Virus record (IMG/VR): IMGVR_UViG_3300020455_000616
Origin: a virus
Length of the DNA stretch: 64,000 nucleotides
Reading direction: 5' to 3' (one strand)
Below, one piece after another: positions 18,994 through 28,406 of this stretch. Position 1 is the stretch's first letter. Each line of letters opens with the position of its first letter. The notes beneath the pieces were generated by a model. It worked only from the letters and a program-made list of their open reading frames with translations. It was not told the origin of the DNA and did not search any database. The position numbers and the translations under genes are program-made.

Positions 18994-19888
18994 TGATCCA
19001 ATCCTCCAGTTCTACAGTTGGTCTCCACCCGAAGATAAGTCTCAGAAGAGTATTCTGTGCAAGAGTCTCTCTTGCTTCACCAGGTCTTTCTGGTATATAT
19101 GATAGTCTACTATCTAGACAAGTAACCATTCTTGCAACTTGATTAACAGAATAATTTTTACCATTACCTACATTGTAAACTTCTCCATAATCCTCATCTT
19201 TAATATCAGTAATCGCAGCAAGATAATTTGCATGGACTACATCAGATACATGTGTAAAGTCTCTACGTTGCTCACCATCACCCACAATAGTTAACTTTTC
19301 ACCTGCTGCTTTTTGACGTAAGAAGATGCCAATAACAGGAGCATACTGTCCTCTTAATGGTTGACGCTCACCATAGACATTAAAGTATCTAAAGATAACT
19401 GTCTTAAGTCCAAATAGTTCTGTATACATCTTACACAATTTCTCACCAGCAACCTTAGAAACTGAATAAGGATTTAAACAATCATCTGGGTCCATCTCAG
19501 CATTTGGTGTCTTACCCATACCATAAGCAGATGATGTAGATGAATACATTACCTTCTGTACACCTGCTTCCCTAGCACACTGTAAGACTGTTGTAGTACC
19601 TACACAGTTTATCTGAACTGCTCTTATAGGATTCTCAATTGCTGGTTGAATTCTTGCTTCTGCTGCAATATGGAATACGTAATCAATACCATCATATAAT
19701 GGTCGTGTATTCTCATAGTCACAGATATCAAACTTATGATTCTCTGCTCTCTCATTCCAGTAGAAATTATCATGAGCATCTGAATACTCATTGTCAATTA
19801 CAACTACCTCATGTCCTTCTGCGAGAAGTTTATCTACGAGGTTCGATCCTATGAATCCTGCACCTCCTGTTACTAATGATCTTGTCAT
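18980..19888 (-). CDS. NAD-dependent NDP-sugar epimerase/dehydratase
   Basis: GGAGFIGS, YSVSK (YxxxK), FRYFNVYG, RDFTHV. Confidence 0.92.
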   Translation of the reverse strand: MTRSLVTGGAGFIGSNLVDKLLAEGHEVVVIDNEYSDAHDNFYWNERAENHKFDICDYENTRPLYDGIDYVFHIAAEARIQPAIENPIRAVQINCVGTTTVLQCAREAGVQKVMYSSTSSAYGMGKTPNAEMDPDDCLNPYSVSKVAGEKLCKMYTELFGLKTVIFRYFNVYGERQPLRGQYAPVIGIFLRQKAAGEKLTIVGDGEQRRDFTHVSDVVHANYLAAITDIKDEDYGEVYNVGNGKNYSVNQVARMVTCLDSRLSYIPERPGEARETLAQNTLLRLIFGWRPTVELEDWISGQG

Positions 19889-21600
19889 GATGTCATCCTG
19901 CTGAATCCTTTAATTTTTTCAAATCTAATTACATTGGTAAACTTATCTTGTAGACCCTCTTTATGAGAGATTACAAAGACGTTAGCGTCCTTAACCACAT
20001 ACCTAATAATCTTCAAAAATTCTTCAGTTCCAAATCCATCTAAGGAAGAATCAAAAGTCTCATCAAAGATAATCAAATTACAGTTAAGAGAATTTTTTAT
20101 CTTAGCAACTTCTCGCCATGTAAACAAGAGTGCTAAGTCAATTCTCATCTTCTCACCTTCTGAAAAAGAAGCATAAGAAAAATCCTCCTGAATGGGAGAT
20201 CTAATAGACTCATTGAACTCTTCATCCAATGCAAAGTTTATATAGAACTCCATCATTTGGAGGTATCTATTAACCTGTTGGTTAATCAACGGAAGATACT
20301 TCCTGATAATTTTGGTTTTAACACCACCATCCTTCAGAAGATCTGATACGAAGTTATATTTTATTATATCATCTTTCTTCGATTCTGCACTAGCGCAAGC
20401 AACTTCATATTGCCTTTTAAAGTCGGTTAACTTCTCATGCTCAGTATTTCTGTCTTCAAGTTGAGTGGTAATAGTTTGAATTTCTTGTTCAAGATCTCGG
20501 ACTTGTTTCTGATAACCAGAGACCTTTGTATTAACTTGAGAAATGCCATGCGTTAGATTAGTAACCTCTTCGGATAAACTGATAAAAGTGGACTCCCTCA
20601 ACTCTTCCTCTTTAATTGCATCTTCGAGTTCTTTATACCCAGATTGCAACTCTTTTGCTTTATTTTGGGAGTCCGTAATTTTATTTATCCTGAAGGTTTC
20701 TTCAATAGATTGTGTACATGTAGGGCAAACTGTATTACCTGTGAAGAACTTATGCTCTTCAGTAATCGTTGCTACTTTCTGAGATAATTTACCTCTCAAG
20801 TTACCCAACTTTTTAAGTTTTGCTCTAGAACCAGAATATTTTACAACCTCTTTGTTTTTATTACTTAACAAAGAATCTAGTTTTTTTTCTTCTTCTAATA
20901 AACTATCTTGCTGTTTAATTAAATCTTTAATACTTTTCTTTTTAGTATTAATATCCTTCTTACCTAATGCCTCAATCTCTTCCATAAAGGATTGTTGCAT
21001 CTCATACTTCTCCTGAAGAGTCATCTTTTTATAATCTAACTCTTTTATAGAATCCCTTACAACTTTAATCTTATCCTTAAGGACACTATTCATTGAAGAG
21101 AATATTTTAATATCTAAGATATCTTCAATAACCTCTCTCCTGTTAGGAGCATTCAGTTGCATAAACGGAACAAAGTTACTGCTACCTAAAATAACAATCT
21201 GTGTAAATGACTTGTAATTCATTTTAAGAACTACATTCTCTAACCAAGTCTGCTGTGCATTTGCATGAGCATCTTGATTTAACTGTTCATCATTTTTATA
21301 AATCTCAAACTTACTAGGTTTAATACCTCTTACAATTCTCCATTTAACAGTACCAATAAGAAAATTTATCTCAACTATAGTATCCTTCTCATTCATTGAG
21401 TTTACAAGGAGACTTTTAGTAACACCCCTATATGACTTACCAAACAAAGAGAATGTTAAAGCATCTAATAATGTAGATTTACCAGCACCATTATTACCAA
21501 CAATTAAAGTATTAAATGCAGATCCGTTAAAATTAACTTCAGTAAATTGATTACCAGTACTAAGAAAGTTTTTATATTTAATTGATTTAAATGTTATCAT
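19885..21600 (-). CDS. gp46: recombination endonuclease ATPase subunit (Rad50/SbcC-like)
   Basis: GNNGAGKST, CPTC zinc hook, FSEGEKMRIDLAL, IFDE. Confidence 0.96.
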   Translation of the reverse strand: MITFKSIKYKNFLSTGNQFTEVNFNGSAFNTLIVGNNGAGKSTLLDALTFSLFGKSYRGVTKSLLVNSMNEKDTIVEINFLIGTVKWRIVRGIKPSKFEIYKNDEQLNQDAHANAQQTWLENVVLKMNYKSFTQIVILGSSNFVPFMQLNAPNRREVIEDILDIKIFSSMNSVLKDKIKVVRDSIKELDYKKMTLQEKYEMQQSFMEEIEALGKKDINTKKKSIKDLIKQQDSLLEEEKKLDSLLSNKNKEVVKYSGSRAKLKKLGNLRGKLSQKVATITEEHKFFTGNTVCPTCTQSIEETFRINKITDSQNKAKELQSGYKELEDAIKEEELRESTFISLSEEVTNLTHGISQVNTKVSGYQKQVRDLEQEIQTITTQLEDRNTEHEKLTDFKRQYEVACASAESKKDDIIKYNFVSDLLKDGGVKTKIIRKYLPLINQQVNRYLQMMEFYINFALDEEFNESIRSPIQEDFSYASFSEGEKMRIDLALLFTWREVAKIKNSLNCNLIIFDETFDSSLDGFGTEEFLKIIRYVVKDANVFVISHKEGLQDKFTNVIRFEKIKGFSRMTS

Positions 21601-21859
21601 CGTCAGGTGGTATCACAAGATCATTTTTAGTAATGACTGCATATTCATAACCATGCAGTTGGCAAGTCTTGACAATTAGGTTGTCATCAACCTCTAAGAC
21701 ATTTAGAACTGGAATTTCTTCCTCCTTCTCCTCTAGCATCATAGCAAATCTATCACAATCGTCTTCCTCTTCAAAAAGATAGAGAACTTGCCGACCTTCT
21801 TCATTTGTAACAGAGTACGCTCCTTGATCTTCACGACCTTCTAAAGTAAGAATATACAT
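21587..21859 (-). CDS. hypothetical protein
   Basis: Coupled ORF between gp47 and gp46. Confidence 0.7.
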   Translation of the reverse strand: MYILTLEGREDQGAYSVTNEEGRQVLYLFEEEDDCDRFAMMLEEKEEEIPVLNVLEVDDNLIVKTCQLHGYEYAVITKNDLVIPPDDDNI

Positions 21860-22893
21860 CAGACTAATTCACATGCCTCTCTATAGATATCATGAATTAT
21901 AGTCTGAATTTGTGACTTATTAATATTAGATTCAGATTCCTCAACATACCTGTTTAATAAGGCAATTGTATCTTCAGAGTCTATATCAATATTGTCATGA
22001 TTTATTTCTTCTTGGAAGTTCTCAACAATCTTAAGTTCAGCAACATCAGATGCATACAACTTATCTACAAATTTATCAAACTTCTTAGGAGAAGACTTCT
22101 GCTTTACTAATAATTTTACTATCTTATTGTCATATTGTCTAGCGTCAAATGTCTGATGGTCATTATCATCATAGTAAAGTGTATAGAATAATCTATAAGG
22201 ATTACGGATTTCTTCAGTCTCTAAAGTATCTGTATCAAATATATGGAATCCTCTCTTATCTCCAGTATCATTAGCAAACATCTCATAAGGATTACCTAAG
22301 TAATAAATCTTTCCATTATTAGACCTTGTATGATAATGTCCAGAGAATACTTTTGCAAAACTATCAAACATATCAGGTTTATATCCATCCATCATTACAT
22401 GCCCACGAGTAGCAGTAAATCCATTGAGTTCTAAATGACCCATACACATCTTTGCTTTTGATTTAGCAATCTTAGTCAGTGTCTTTTGTTCATTGTCACT
22501 ATTCATCCAAGGGACAAATAAAACTTTTAACTTATCAAACTTTACTTCAGTTGCTTCCGAATAACAAGTTATATTAGGGTACTCTTTGAGTAATAAATCT
22601 ATAGCATTTACTTCATTGGTATTCTTAAAATAAGCAGTATGATTACCAACAATAGTATGGATAGAATAGGATGTAAGTTTATCAAAATAATTCTCCTTTG
22701 CCCATTTTAAGGCAGCAAAATCTATACCCTTCCTATTATCAAAGGTATCTCCCATATCAATAATGGTATCAATACCTCTCTTCTCTAGTTCTGGGAAGAA
22801 TACATCATTGTAGAACTTTAAGAAATAGTCATGGAACAACTTGGAGTTCTTACGAGCACCAAAATGTTGATCGGTTATGATTGCGACCTTCAT
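21859..22893 (-). CDS. gp47: recombination endonuclease nuclease subunit (Mre11/SbcD-like)
   Basis: ITDQHFG, MGDTFD, VGNH, SGHYH metallophosphoesterase motifs. Confidence 0.95.
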   Translation of the reverse strand: MKVAIITDQHFGARKNSKLFHDYFLKFYNDVFFPELEKRGIDTIIDMGDTFDNRKGIDFAALKWAKENYFDKLTSYSIHTIVGNHTAYFKNTNEVNAIDLLLKEYPNITCYSEATEVKFDKLKVLFVPWMNSDNEQKTLTKIAKSKAKMCMGHLELNGFTATRGHVMMDGYKPDMFDSFAKVFSGHYHTRSNNGKIYYLGNPYEMFANDTGDKRGFHIFDTDTLETEEIRNPYRLFYTLYYDDNDHQTFDARQYDNKIVKLLVKQKSSPKKFDKFVDKLYASDVAELKIVENFQEEINHDNIDIDSEDTIALLNRYVEESESNINKSQIQTIIHDIYREACELV

Positions 22894-23069
22894 TTTTTAC
22901 TAGTGCTGCTACGTGTACGATTAATAATAGTGATAAACTTATCACCAGCAAATGTGCCAGCAAGACAAACGTCTATGTCATCACCATCCTTCCAATTGAC
23001 ATCACCATTCATTTTAGTGTGAGTCATTGCAATTTGAATCTTGTCAATAACTTCTTGTGTTAATCTCAT
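22890..23069 (-). CDS. small hypothetical protein, 59 aa (not in ORF track)
   Basis: MRLTQEVIDKIQIAMTHTKMNGDVNWKDGDDIDVCLAGTFAGDKFITIINRTRSSTSKK; TAATG and ATGA coupling at both ends. Confidence 0.7.
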   Translation of the reverse strand: MRLTQEVIDKIQIAMTHTKMNGDVNWKDGDDIDVCLAGTFAGDKFITIINRTRSSTSKK

Positions 23070-23557
23070 TATGATCTAGACTTAGAATGAATTTGATCTT
23101 TAATACTATTATAGTCAGAATAGTTACTACCATCACTTGAACTATCATCGTAAAAGACTTCATCATATCCAGTCTTTTCAAGAATCTTATTCTTAATCTC
23201 TAATTGCTTCTTCTCTTTTTGAATCCTTCTGAGGAATGCATAATGAATAATTTGTGTAAAATATGCAAAAGGATTCTGAGATTTCTCAGGATTAAAGTTA
23301 TGTATGTACTGTACGCAATTTTCTATCCCATCAGAGATCATATCATCTTTGAAGATATAGTTAACGAAGTTTGGTTTAAATGATAAATGAGTAGCAATCT
23401 TTAAAAAGCACTCACCAAGATAATTTGTAATCCTAGGTTTATCTTTACCTAATTCTTCTGCTTCAGCAACATCTTTCTTGTATACAATTAAAGCAGCAAG
23501 AAACTCTTTATTGTTTACATAATGAACCGATCTTTTTCTTTTGGATACACCAGCCAT
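23069..23557 (-). CDS. gp55: late transcription sigma factor
   Basis: HYVNNKEF, YLGECFLKIA, NPFAYFTQI. Confidence 0.95.
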   Translation of the reverse strand: MAGVSKRKRSVHYVNNKEFLAALIVYKKDVAEAEELGKDKPRITNYLGECFLKIATHLSFKPNFVNYIFKDDMISDGIENCVQYIHNFNPEKSQNPFAYFTQIIHYAFLRRIQKEKKQLEIKNKILEKTGYDEVFYDDSSSDGSNYSDYNSIKDQIHSKSRS

Positions 23558-23581
23558 ACGACTTTCCTTTGTGTTGAATTA

Positions 23582-23610
23582 ATTATAGCACCTCTGCATT
23601 GTTTAAACAA
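23582..23610 (-). promoter_or_regulatory. sigma70-type promoter for gp55 (TTGTTT-17bp-TATAAT, extended -10)
   Basis: TGc-TATAAT at 23590-23582, about 25 nt upstream of the ATG. Confidence 0.65.
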
Positions 23611-23611
23611 C

Positions 23612-23640
23612 TTGACAAGGTAGTCATACCAATGTACAAT
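23612..23640 (+). promoter_or_regulatory. antisense-oriented sigma70-type promoter TTGACA-17bp-TACAAT
   Basis: Near-perfect consensus with extended -10 TG; no plus-strand ORF follows. Confidence 0.6.
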
Positions 23641-23667
23641 AACCTTTGTAGAGGTTCAAGAGAAGTA

Positions 23668-24072
23668 CTAGCTATCCTCAAATAACTTCTCTAATATCTC
23701 CTTAGTATCATTAACATTAGCAATATACCCCATCTTTCTATTGATTTTTTTTCTAGTACCAGTAGGATCTTTAGGGAAGTCCTCAGCAGACTCTCTTATC
23801 CACGCTTGATACATCATAATCATTTCAATATCTTTAGACTCGCTCATAGTCAATACGTTCTCCATATCAATAACAAATATATCATCTTTAGTAGTCTTTA
23901 ACCAAGGTTCTAATTTATATCCTGTTAGACCTCTAGGTCCGTTGATCTGTTGCAATGTAATAGGATTAGTTACAAGTAAGATCGTTTTATTATTCTCAAA
24001 GCATGGGGACACCTTAGTGTATATCTCGTCACCACACTTAAGTTTAATTGTTGCGTAAAAGTCGTCTTCCAT
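23668..24072 (-). CDS. hypothetical protein
   Basis: ORF between uvsW and gp55; FYATIKLK.GDEI pattern. Confidence 0.75.
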   Translation of the reverse strand: MEDDFYATIKLKCGDEIYTKVSPCFENNKTILLVTNPITLQQINGPRGLTGYKLEPWLKTTKDDIFVIDMENVLTMSESKDIEMIMMYQAWIRESAEDFPKDPTGTRKKINRKMGYIANVNDTKEILEKLFEDS

Positions 24073-24078
24073 ATTATC

Positions 24079-25539
24079 CTATTTTAAGTTTACATTTACA
24101 ATCTCATAGTTAAATTTTTCTTCGTTGTAGATTTTTATTCGTTCAATGAGGTGATTTAAGGTGTAGTTTTTCTGAGAGTTATGGGTACAATCATCAGAAA
24201 TGTCATACAGCATTGCTTTGGTTTTATCTTTACTTCTTCTCAAAACCCTTCCAATACTTTGCAAATTACGGATTCTAGATTTACTGGGAGAAGCAAAAAC
24301 CACATTATTCAGGTTTCTAATATTTATACCTGTAGAGAACACGCCATAAGATGCTACAATGATGGCATTGGTTTCTCTTTCTACTATTTCTCTTATGGTT
24401 TCCCGTTCCTCTGTACCTACTCCACCATGAACAAAGAATACTTTTCTATCTGGAACTGTGTTATCATTAATCAATTCATAAAGAGGTAGACCATGAGTTT
24501 CTACTCTTTGGAATAGAACTAAAGTATTACCTTTTAAATCTAATACTAAATTTTTAATGAATTTATTTCTTTGATCATGAGTTATAATATATTGAACTTC
24601 ATCTTCAAATACCTCAAACTTTTTAGGTGGATGTTTTAATACAATACAAGTAATATCTAACTTTGCTAGATGTCCTTTTTGCATCAATTCATCAGTCTTG
24701 GTTACTTTATATGCTGGACCAAACAACCCCTCTAACACCCATTTATGCGTCTGTGTGCCATCTAAAGTACCAGTGAATCCAAATCTATACTTAGCATTGT
24801 CAAGCTTTGTCATTATAGATATAAGAGACTTACTCTTAAAAAGATGTGCTTCATCTCCTATGATTACATCAAAGTCAACAAAGAAGGAACGATCTAATTT
24901 ATAGATAGATTGCCAAGTAGTAATAGTAACTGGAAATTCATTAGTCTTCTCTCTACCAGAATATATACGGTGACAATATGACTCAGCATCCCAACCATAA
25001 TCATCAAAGTCCTTATACATCTGCTCTACTAGAGATGTCGTCGGAACAACTAAGAGAATTTTTCGCTTTGTACTCACATAATACCTTACGACTCCGTAAA
25101 TCATCAACGATTTGCCAGAGGCAGTGGGTGATATCAATAGCCTTCTATTATGTTTTAGAGCATCGCATACTCCCTGAACTTGGTATTCTCTAGGTTTAAT
25201 CTTAGTAATGGAAGCATAGTAATCTTTTAAACCCTCTTCTGAGATCATTTCATTTATCTCAAAAGGTAATCCATAATATTTGTTATCTACAAACTCATAA
25301 GTATATTCCCTTCTCTCACAAAACGAAATTAATTTATCCAAGAGACCAATATAAAGTCTTTTAGATCTTAAATCATATAAGTGTATTTCTCCATTCCAAT
25401 TCCTACCACGATACTGTGGCATAAACTTAGCGTTTGGAACTTCAAAAGTAAAATAATCTCTTAGTTCATAGTCAATATGAGGTTCACATTTTAAAGTAAG
25501 GTGAACTTCATTTAACTTCTGAACAATTACATCAGCCAT
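24079..25539 (-). CDS. uvsW: SF2 helicase UvsW
   Basis: PTASGKS, GDEAH, GFTGT, QSIGRVLR. Confidence 0.95.
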   Translation of the reverse strand: MADVIVQKLNEVHLTLKCEPHIDYELRDYFTFEVPNAKFMPQYRGRNWNGEIHLYDLRSKRLYIGLLDKLISFCERREYTYEFVDNKYYGLPFEINEMISEEGLKDYYASITKIKPREYQVQGVCDALKHNRRLLISPTASGKSLMIYGVVRYYVSTKRKILLVVPTTSLVEQMYKDFDDYGWDAESYCHRIYSGREKTNEFPVTITTWQSIYKLDRSFFVDFDVIIGDEAHLFKSKSLISIMTKLDNAKYRFGFTGTLDGTQTHKWVLEGLFGPAYKVTKTDELMQKGHLAKLDITCIVLKHPPKKFEVFEDEVQYIITHDQRNKFIKNLVLDLKGNTLVLFQRVETHGLPLYELINDNTVPDRKVFFVHGGVGTEERETIREIVERETNAIIVASYGVFSTGINIRNLNNVVFASPSKSRIRNLQSIGRVLRRSKDKTKAMLYDISDDCTHNSQKNYTLNHLIERIKIYNEEKFNYEIVNVNLK

Positions 25540-25969
25540 AACCTGCCTGGAATTTCATAAATTCGACAGCATTCTTAATTTGGTATGTTCTATTTTGAAT
25601 AACCTTAAGTATGCTCTCAATATAGTTCAAGATAGTATCGTAATAATCTATCTTTAAACTAACTGAAGATAAACTTTCATCAGAATCCAAATACTTTTGC
25701 ATCGTATCCTTATCCCTAATTTTTTTAGGAAAAGGATTCTTTACATAAACTTCTGGATCTGCCTTCCCAGAGAAGTATTCATACCTCTCGTGGCGAGTGT
25801 TTTTTCTTTGTTGTTCTGCTTTTTTCTTGAGAAGTACTATGTTATTGTATATCTCAAAATACTTAGCATGTAACTTAGGAATATTTATAGACTCTGTATG
25901 AAGGTTGTCAAGGTCAATTTTGGAGTCTTGCTCCCACATTTTCTGAATCATATCAAGATCAAGAACCAT
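25532..25969 (-). CDS. uvsY: recombination mediator UvsY
   Basis: IPKLHAKY, RTYQIKNAVEF; position upstream of uvsW. Confidence 0.85.
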   Translation of the reverse strand: MVLDLDMIQKMWEQDSKIDLDNLHTESINIPKLHAKYFEIYNNIVLLKKKAEQQRKNTRHERYEYFSGKADPEVYVKNPFPKKIRDKDTMQKYLDSDESLSSVSLKIDYYDTILNYIESILKVIQNRTYQIKNAVEFMKFQAGYG

Positions 25970-26274
25970 TAACTAATTCCTCCATCCTTCATCCACCTTC
26001 TTATCCATCGTGGTAAGTAGAATATAACAAAAGAAAGACCCCAAAAAGTTGCTAACACTGCTAGGTGAAACAATCTATTGGGGTTTAATATTAACCCAAG
26101 ACTTACAAGTATCATCCAAACATAGTCTAATGTACCGTGGAATCTATACCATACATTAGCACCATACTTAGTAATAAATTTATCTCTTTGTCTTCCGAAC
26201 CACGGTGATACGTGCCTCATCATAACGAATCCTTCATTGAAGAACATGACAAAAAATCCAATCCAAAAAATCAT
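25969..26274 (-). CDS. hypothetical membrane protein
   Basis: Several hydrophobic segments; coupled to uvsY. Confidence 0.65.
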   Translation of the reverse strand: MIFWIGFFVMFFNEGFVMMRHVSPWFGRQRDKFITKYGANVWYRFHGTLDYVWMILVSLGLILNPNRLFHLAVLATFWGLSFVIFYLPRWIRRWMKDGGIS

Positions 26275-26831
26275 AAGCGATTACCTACATCATCAGTTAC
26301 ATTATAGATAGCATACTTGAATACTGCCTCTGCAGTAAAGTATTCCGTATCTGGATTTGTAGCATCAAATTGAAGTTCTGTCAACTGAACAGGGAACATG
26401 TCACTAAAAATAACTTGAAATTGTACTCTTTGATTGCTATTCAATGCTTGTAAGGTTCCATCAGAATATACATCCATTGATTTGGATTGTGGTTCATTCT
26501 GCTTATTTGTTCTCTGAAGTTTTTGAATCTCTTTAACAGACTCTGGGAATCCCAAACCACGCATCCAATTTTGGATTTGCATATAGTTTTCCAGATCTTC
26601 ATCAACAATAAACCTTAAAACAAAATCTTCAAAGTACATCTTATCACCAGGAAGATCTATATTCTTAAGGAAGGTTGGTTGTTCTGCTACACCAAGACTT
26701 ACTCCAGGTATATTCACAGAGTTAGAAAAGAATGATACTTGTCTTGCTCTACTTAATGTGAATTTAAAACCAATGGAAGATAGGAAGTTCCTATTCTTAA
26801 GTTGGTTTGTATATAGATTCCTAGAGTCCAT
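26271..26831 (-). CDS. gp3: tail tube terminator / tail completion protein
   Basis: NFLSSIGFKF, PGDK, FIVDEDLENY, WMRGLGFPE. Confidence 0.85.
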   Translation of the reverse strand: MDSRNLYTNQLKNRNFLSSIGFKFTLSRARQVSFFSNSVNIPGVSLGVAEQPTFLKNIDLPGDKMYFEDFVLRFIVDEDLENYMQIQNWMRGLGFPESVKEIQKLQRTNKQNEPQSKSMDVYSDGTLQALNSNQRVQFQVIFSDMFPVQLTELQFDATNPDTEYFTAEAVFKYAIYNVTDDVGNRL

Positions 26832-27666
26832 CTTCTATATGGGGTGTTAAAAATTTAATAAAGTAGTCTCCAATAAATTTATATCCCGTTTTATAAGGAT
26901 GAAAACTATAAGGATTTACTAAATCATGTTCTTCAGCGTAACCAAAGCATGTACTATATTTATCTAAGAAGTTTGGATCATAATTTTCCCTACCTTCAAT
27001 CTTCCATTTTTCCACCTCTCCACTTAAATGATTTTTACATATCTGATATAATAAATCTCTTTTATCTTTATCACCGTCAATAAAATTGCGTATTTTTGTT
27101 GTATATTTTTTAGAACCAAAAATATCATACCAAAAATTTTTTATCTTTGGATATAGTCTAAAGTATTGATTCCAATGTAATATATCTGATTGTACTTCCC
27201 TAAGTGCTACGTCATCATCATAACAATACCTATAGATTGCTTTAGTCATTTTATCTTTATTAGTATTCCATCTAGTTTGAAAAACATTTTCTTCTTTTAA
27301 AAAGATGTTTTCATACATCTTAGAATCTTTAAAGTACATAAAGTTTCTACGTAATGTAGTGAGACCCCAAAGTACTATAATATGCTCATGATTTTTATAG
27401 TCCTTAGCAAATTTACTACTAAGGAAGTAGTTCTTTGCATAATGGAATTGTTTTTGATTACTAGAACCACTCTCACCGAGGTTTACATGATCTACATCAA
27501 AATGTTCAACAACATATCTTCTCCATCCAAAATCCCATGCATAGTCAGAACTATATCTAATTTTATCATACTCCTTAAGACTCATACCAGGTTCACATCC
27601 TGCACCTTCTCCAAAAGTCCAACTACATCCTAATGTAATAAGTAAAGTTTTCTTTGTAGTAATCAT
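26821..27666 (-). CDS. SGNH/GDSL-like hydrolase
   Basis: ITLGCSWTFG (block I Ser), NLG..GSSN, C-terminal FHPYKTGYKFI. Confidence 0.6.
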   Translation of the reverse strand: MITTKKTLLITLGCSWTFGEGAGCEPGMSLKEYDKIRYSSDYAWDFGWRRYVVEHFDVDHVNLGESGSSNQKQFHYAKNYFLSSKFAKDYKNHEHIIVLWGLTTLRRNFMYFKDSKMYENIFLKEENVFQTRWNTNKDKMTKAIYRYCYDDDVALREVQSDILHWNQYFRLYPKIKNFWYDIFGSKKYTTKIRNFIDGDKDKRDLLYQICKNHLSGEVEKWKIEGRENYDPNFLDKYSTCFGYAEEHDLVNPYSFHPYKTGYKFIGDYFIKFLTPHIEDGL

Positions 27667-28406
27667 GATAGTTTCTCAATAAGGTATTTGGCAATTAATT
27701 TATGTCCTTCTTTCTTAGGTAATAAACCATGTGGATTTATTATTTTATTATCTAATGCATATTCAAAAGGATCTTTTACCCACCCTCCAGTAGAATCACG
27801 ACTATTGACTGCATGATCAATACACAATAAAGATAATAGATCCCTATTCTTTGATCGTAAATCAAAAAAATTACTAGGTGCTATAGTATAATTTTTAGAA
27901 TTAAAACTATCAAACCAATAATTTTTAATACCAATTGCTTTAAAAAAAATATTCCAATGAATAATTTCTGCCTCAAGTTCTTTGGTTGCAATTACATCAC
28001 TATAACACCATTCATTTAACCCATATCCAATTCTATCTTTATTACTTTTAACATCATATTCTTCAGTTAAACTAATATCTTGATAAGTTTTACTATCTTT
28101 GCACCACTTATAATCTCTACGTAATGTAGTAAGACCCCATAAAACAATAGTATCCTTATGTATATTTTTTGAAAATCTTTTAGAGTTAAAATAAGACTTT
28201 GCTAAAGCAAATTGTTTTTGATTACTACTGTTAGATGCAGCAAAATTTATATGACTATCTTGACATCCAAAATGATCACGGACAAGTATTCTCCATGAAT
28301 CATCATAATTGACCTCTGTATTGTCATAGACAATTCTAGGCATGGCAGGTTTATACCATGCCCCAGTTCCTAAAGTCCAATCATCACCAAATGTAATTAA
28401 GAACAC
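27663..28406 (-). CDS. SGNH-like paralogue lacking catalytic Ser and His
   Basis: ITFGDDW, SNQKQF, WGLTTLRR shared with neighbour; LLPKKEGH in place of FHP. Confidence 0.55.
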   Translation of the reverse strand: MFLITFGDDWTLGTGAWYKPAMPRIVYDNTEVNYDDSWRILVRDHFGCQDSHINFAASNSSNQKQFALAKSYFNSKRFSKNIHKDTIVLWGLTTLRRDYKWCKDSKTYQDISLTEEYDVKSNKDRIGYGLNEWCYSDVIATKELEAEIIHWNIFFKAIGIKNYWFDSFNSKNYTIAPSNFFDLRSKNRDLLSLLCIDHAVNSRDSTGGWVKDPFEYALDNKIINPHGLLPKKEGHKLIAKYLIEKLS

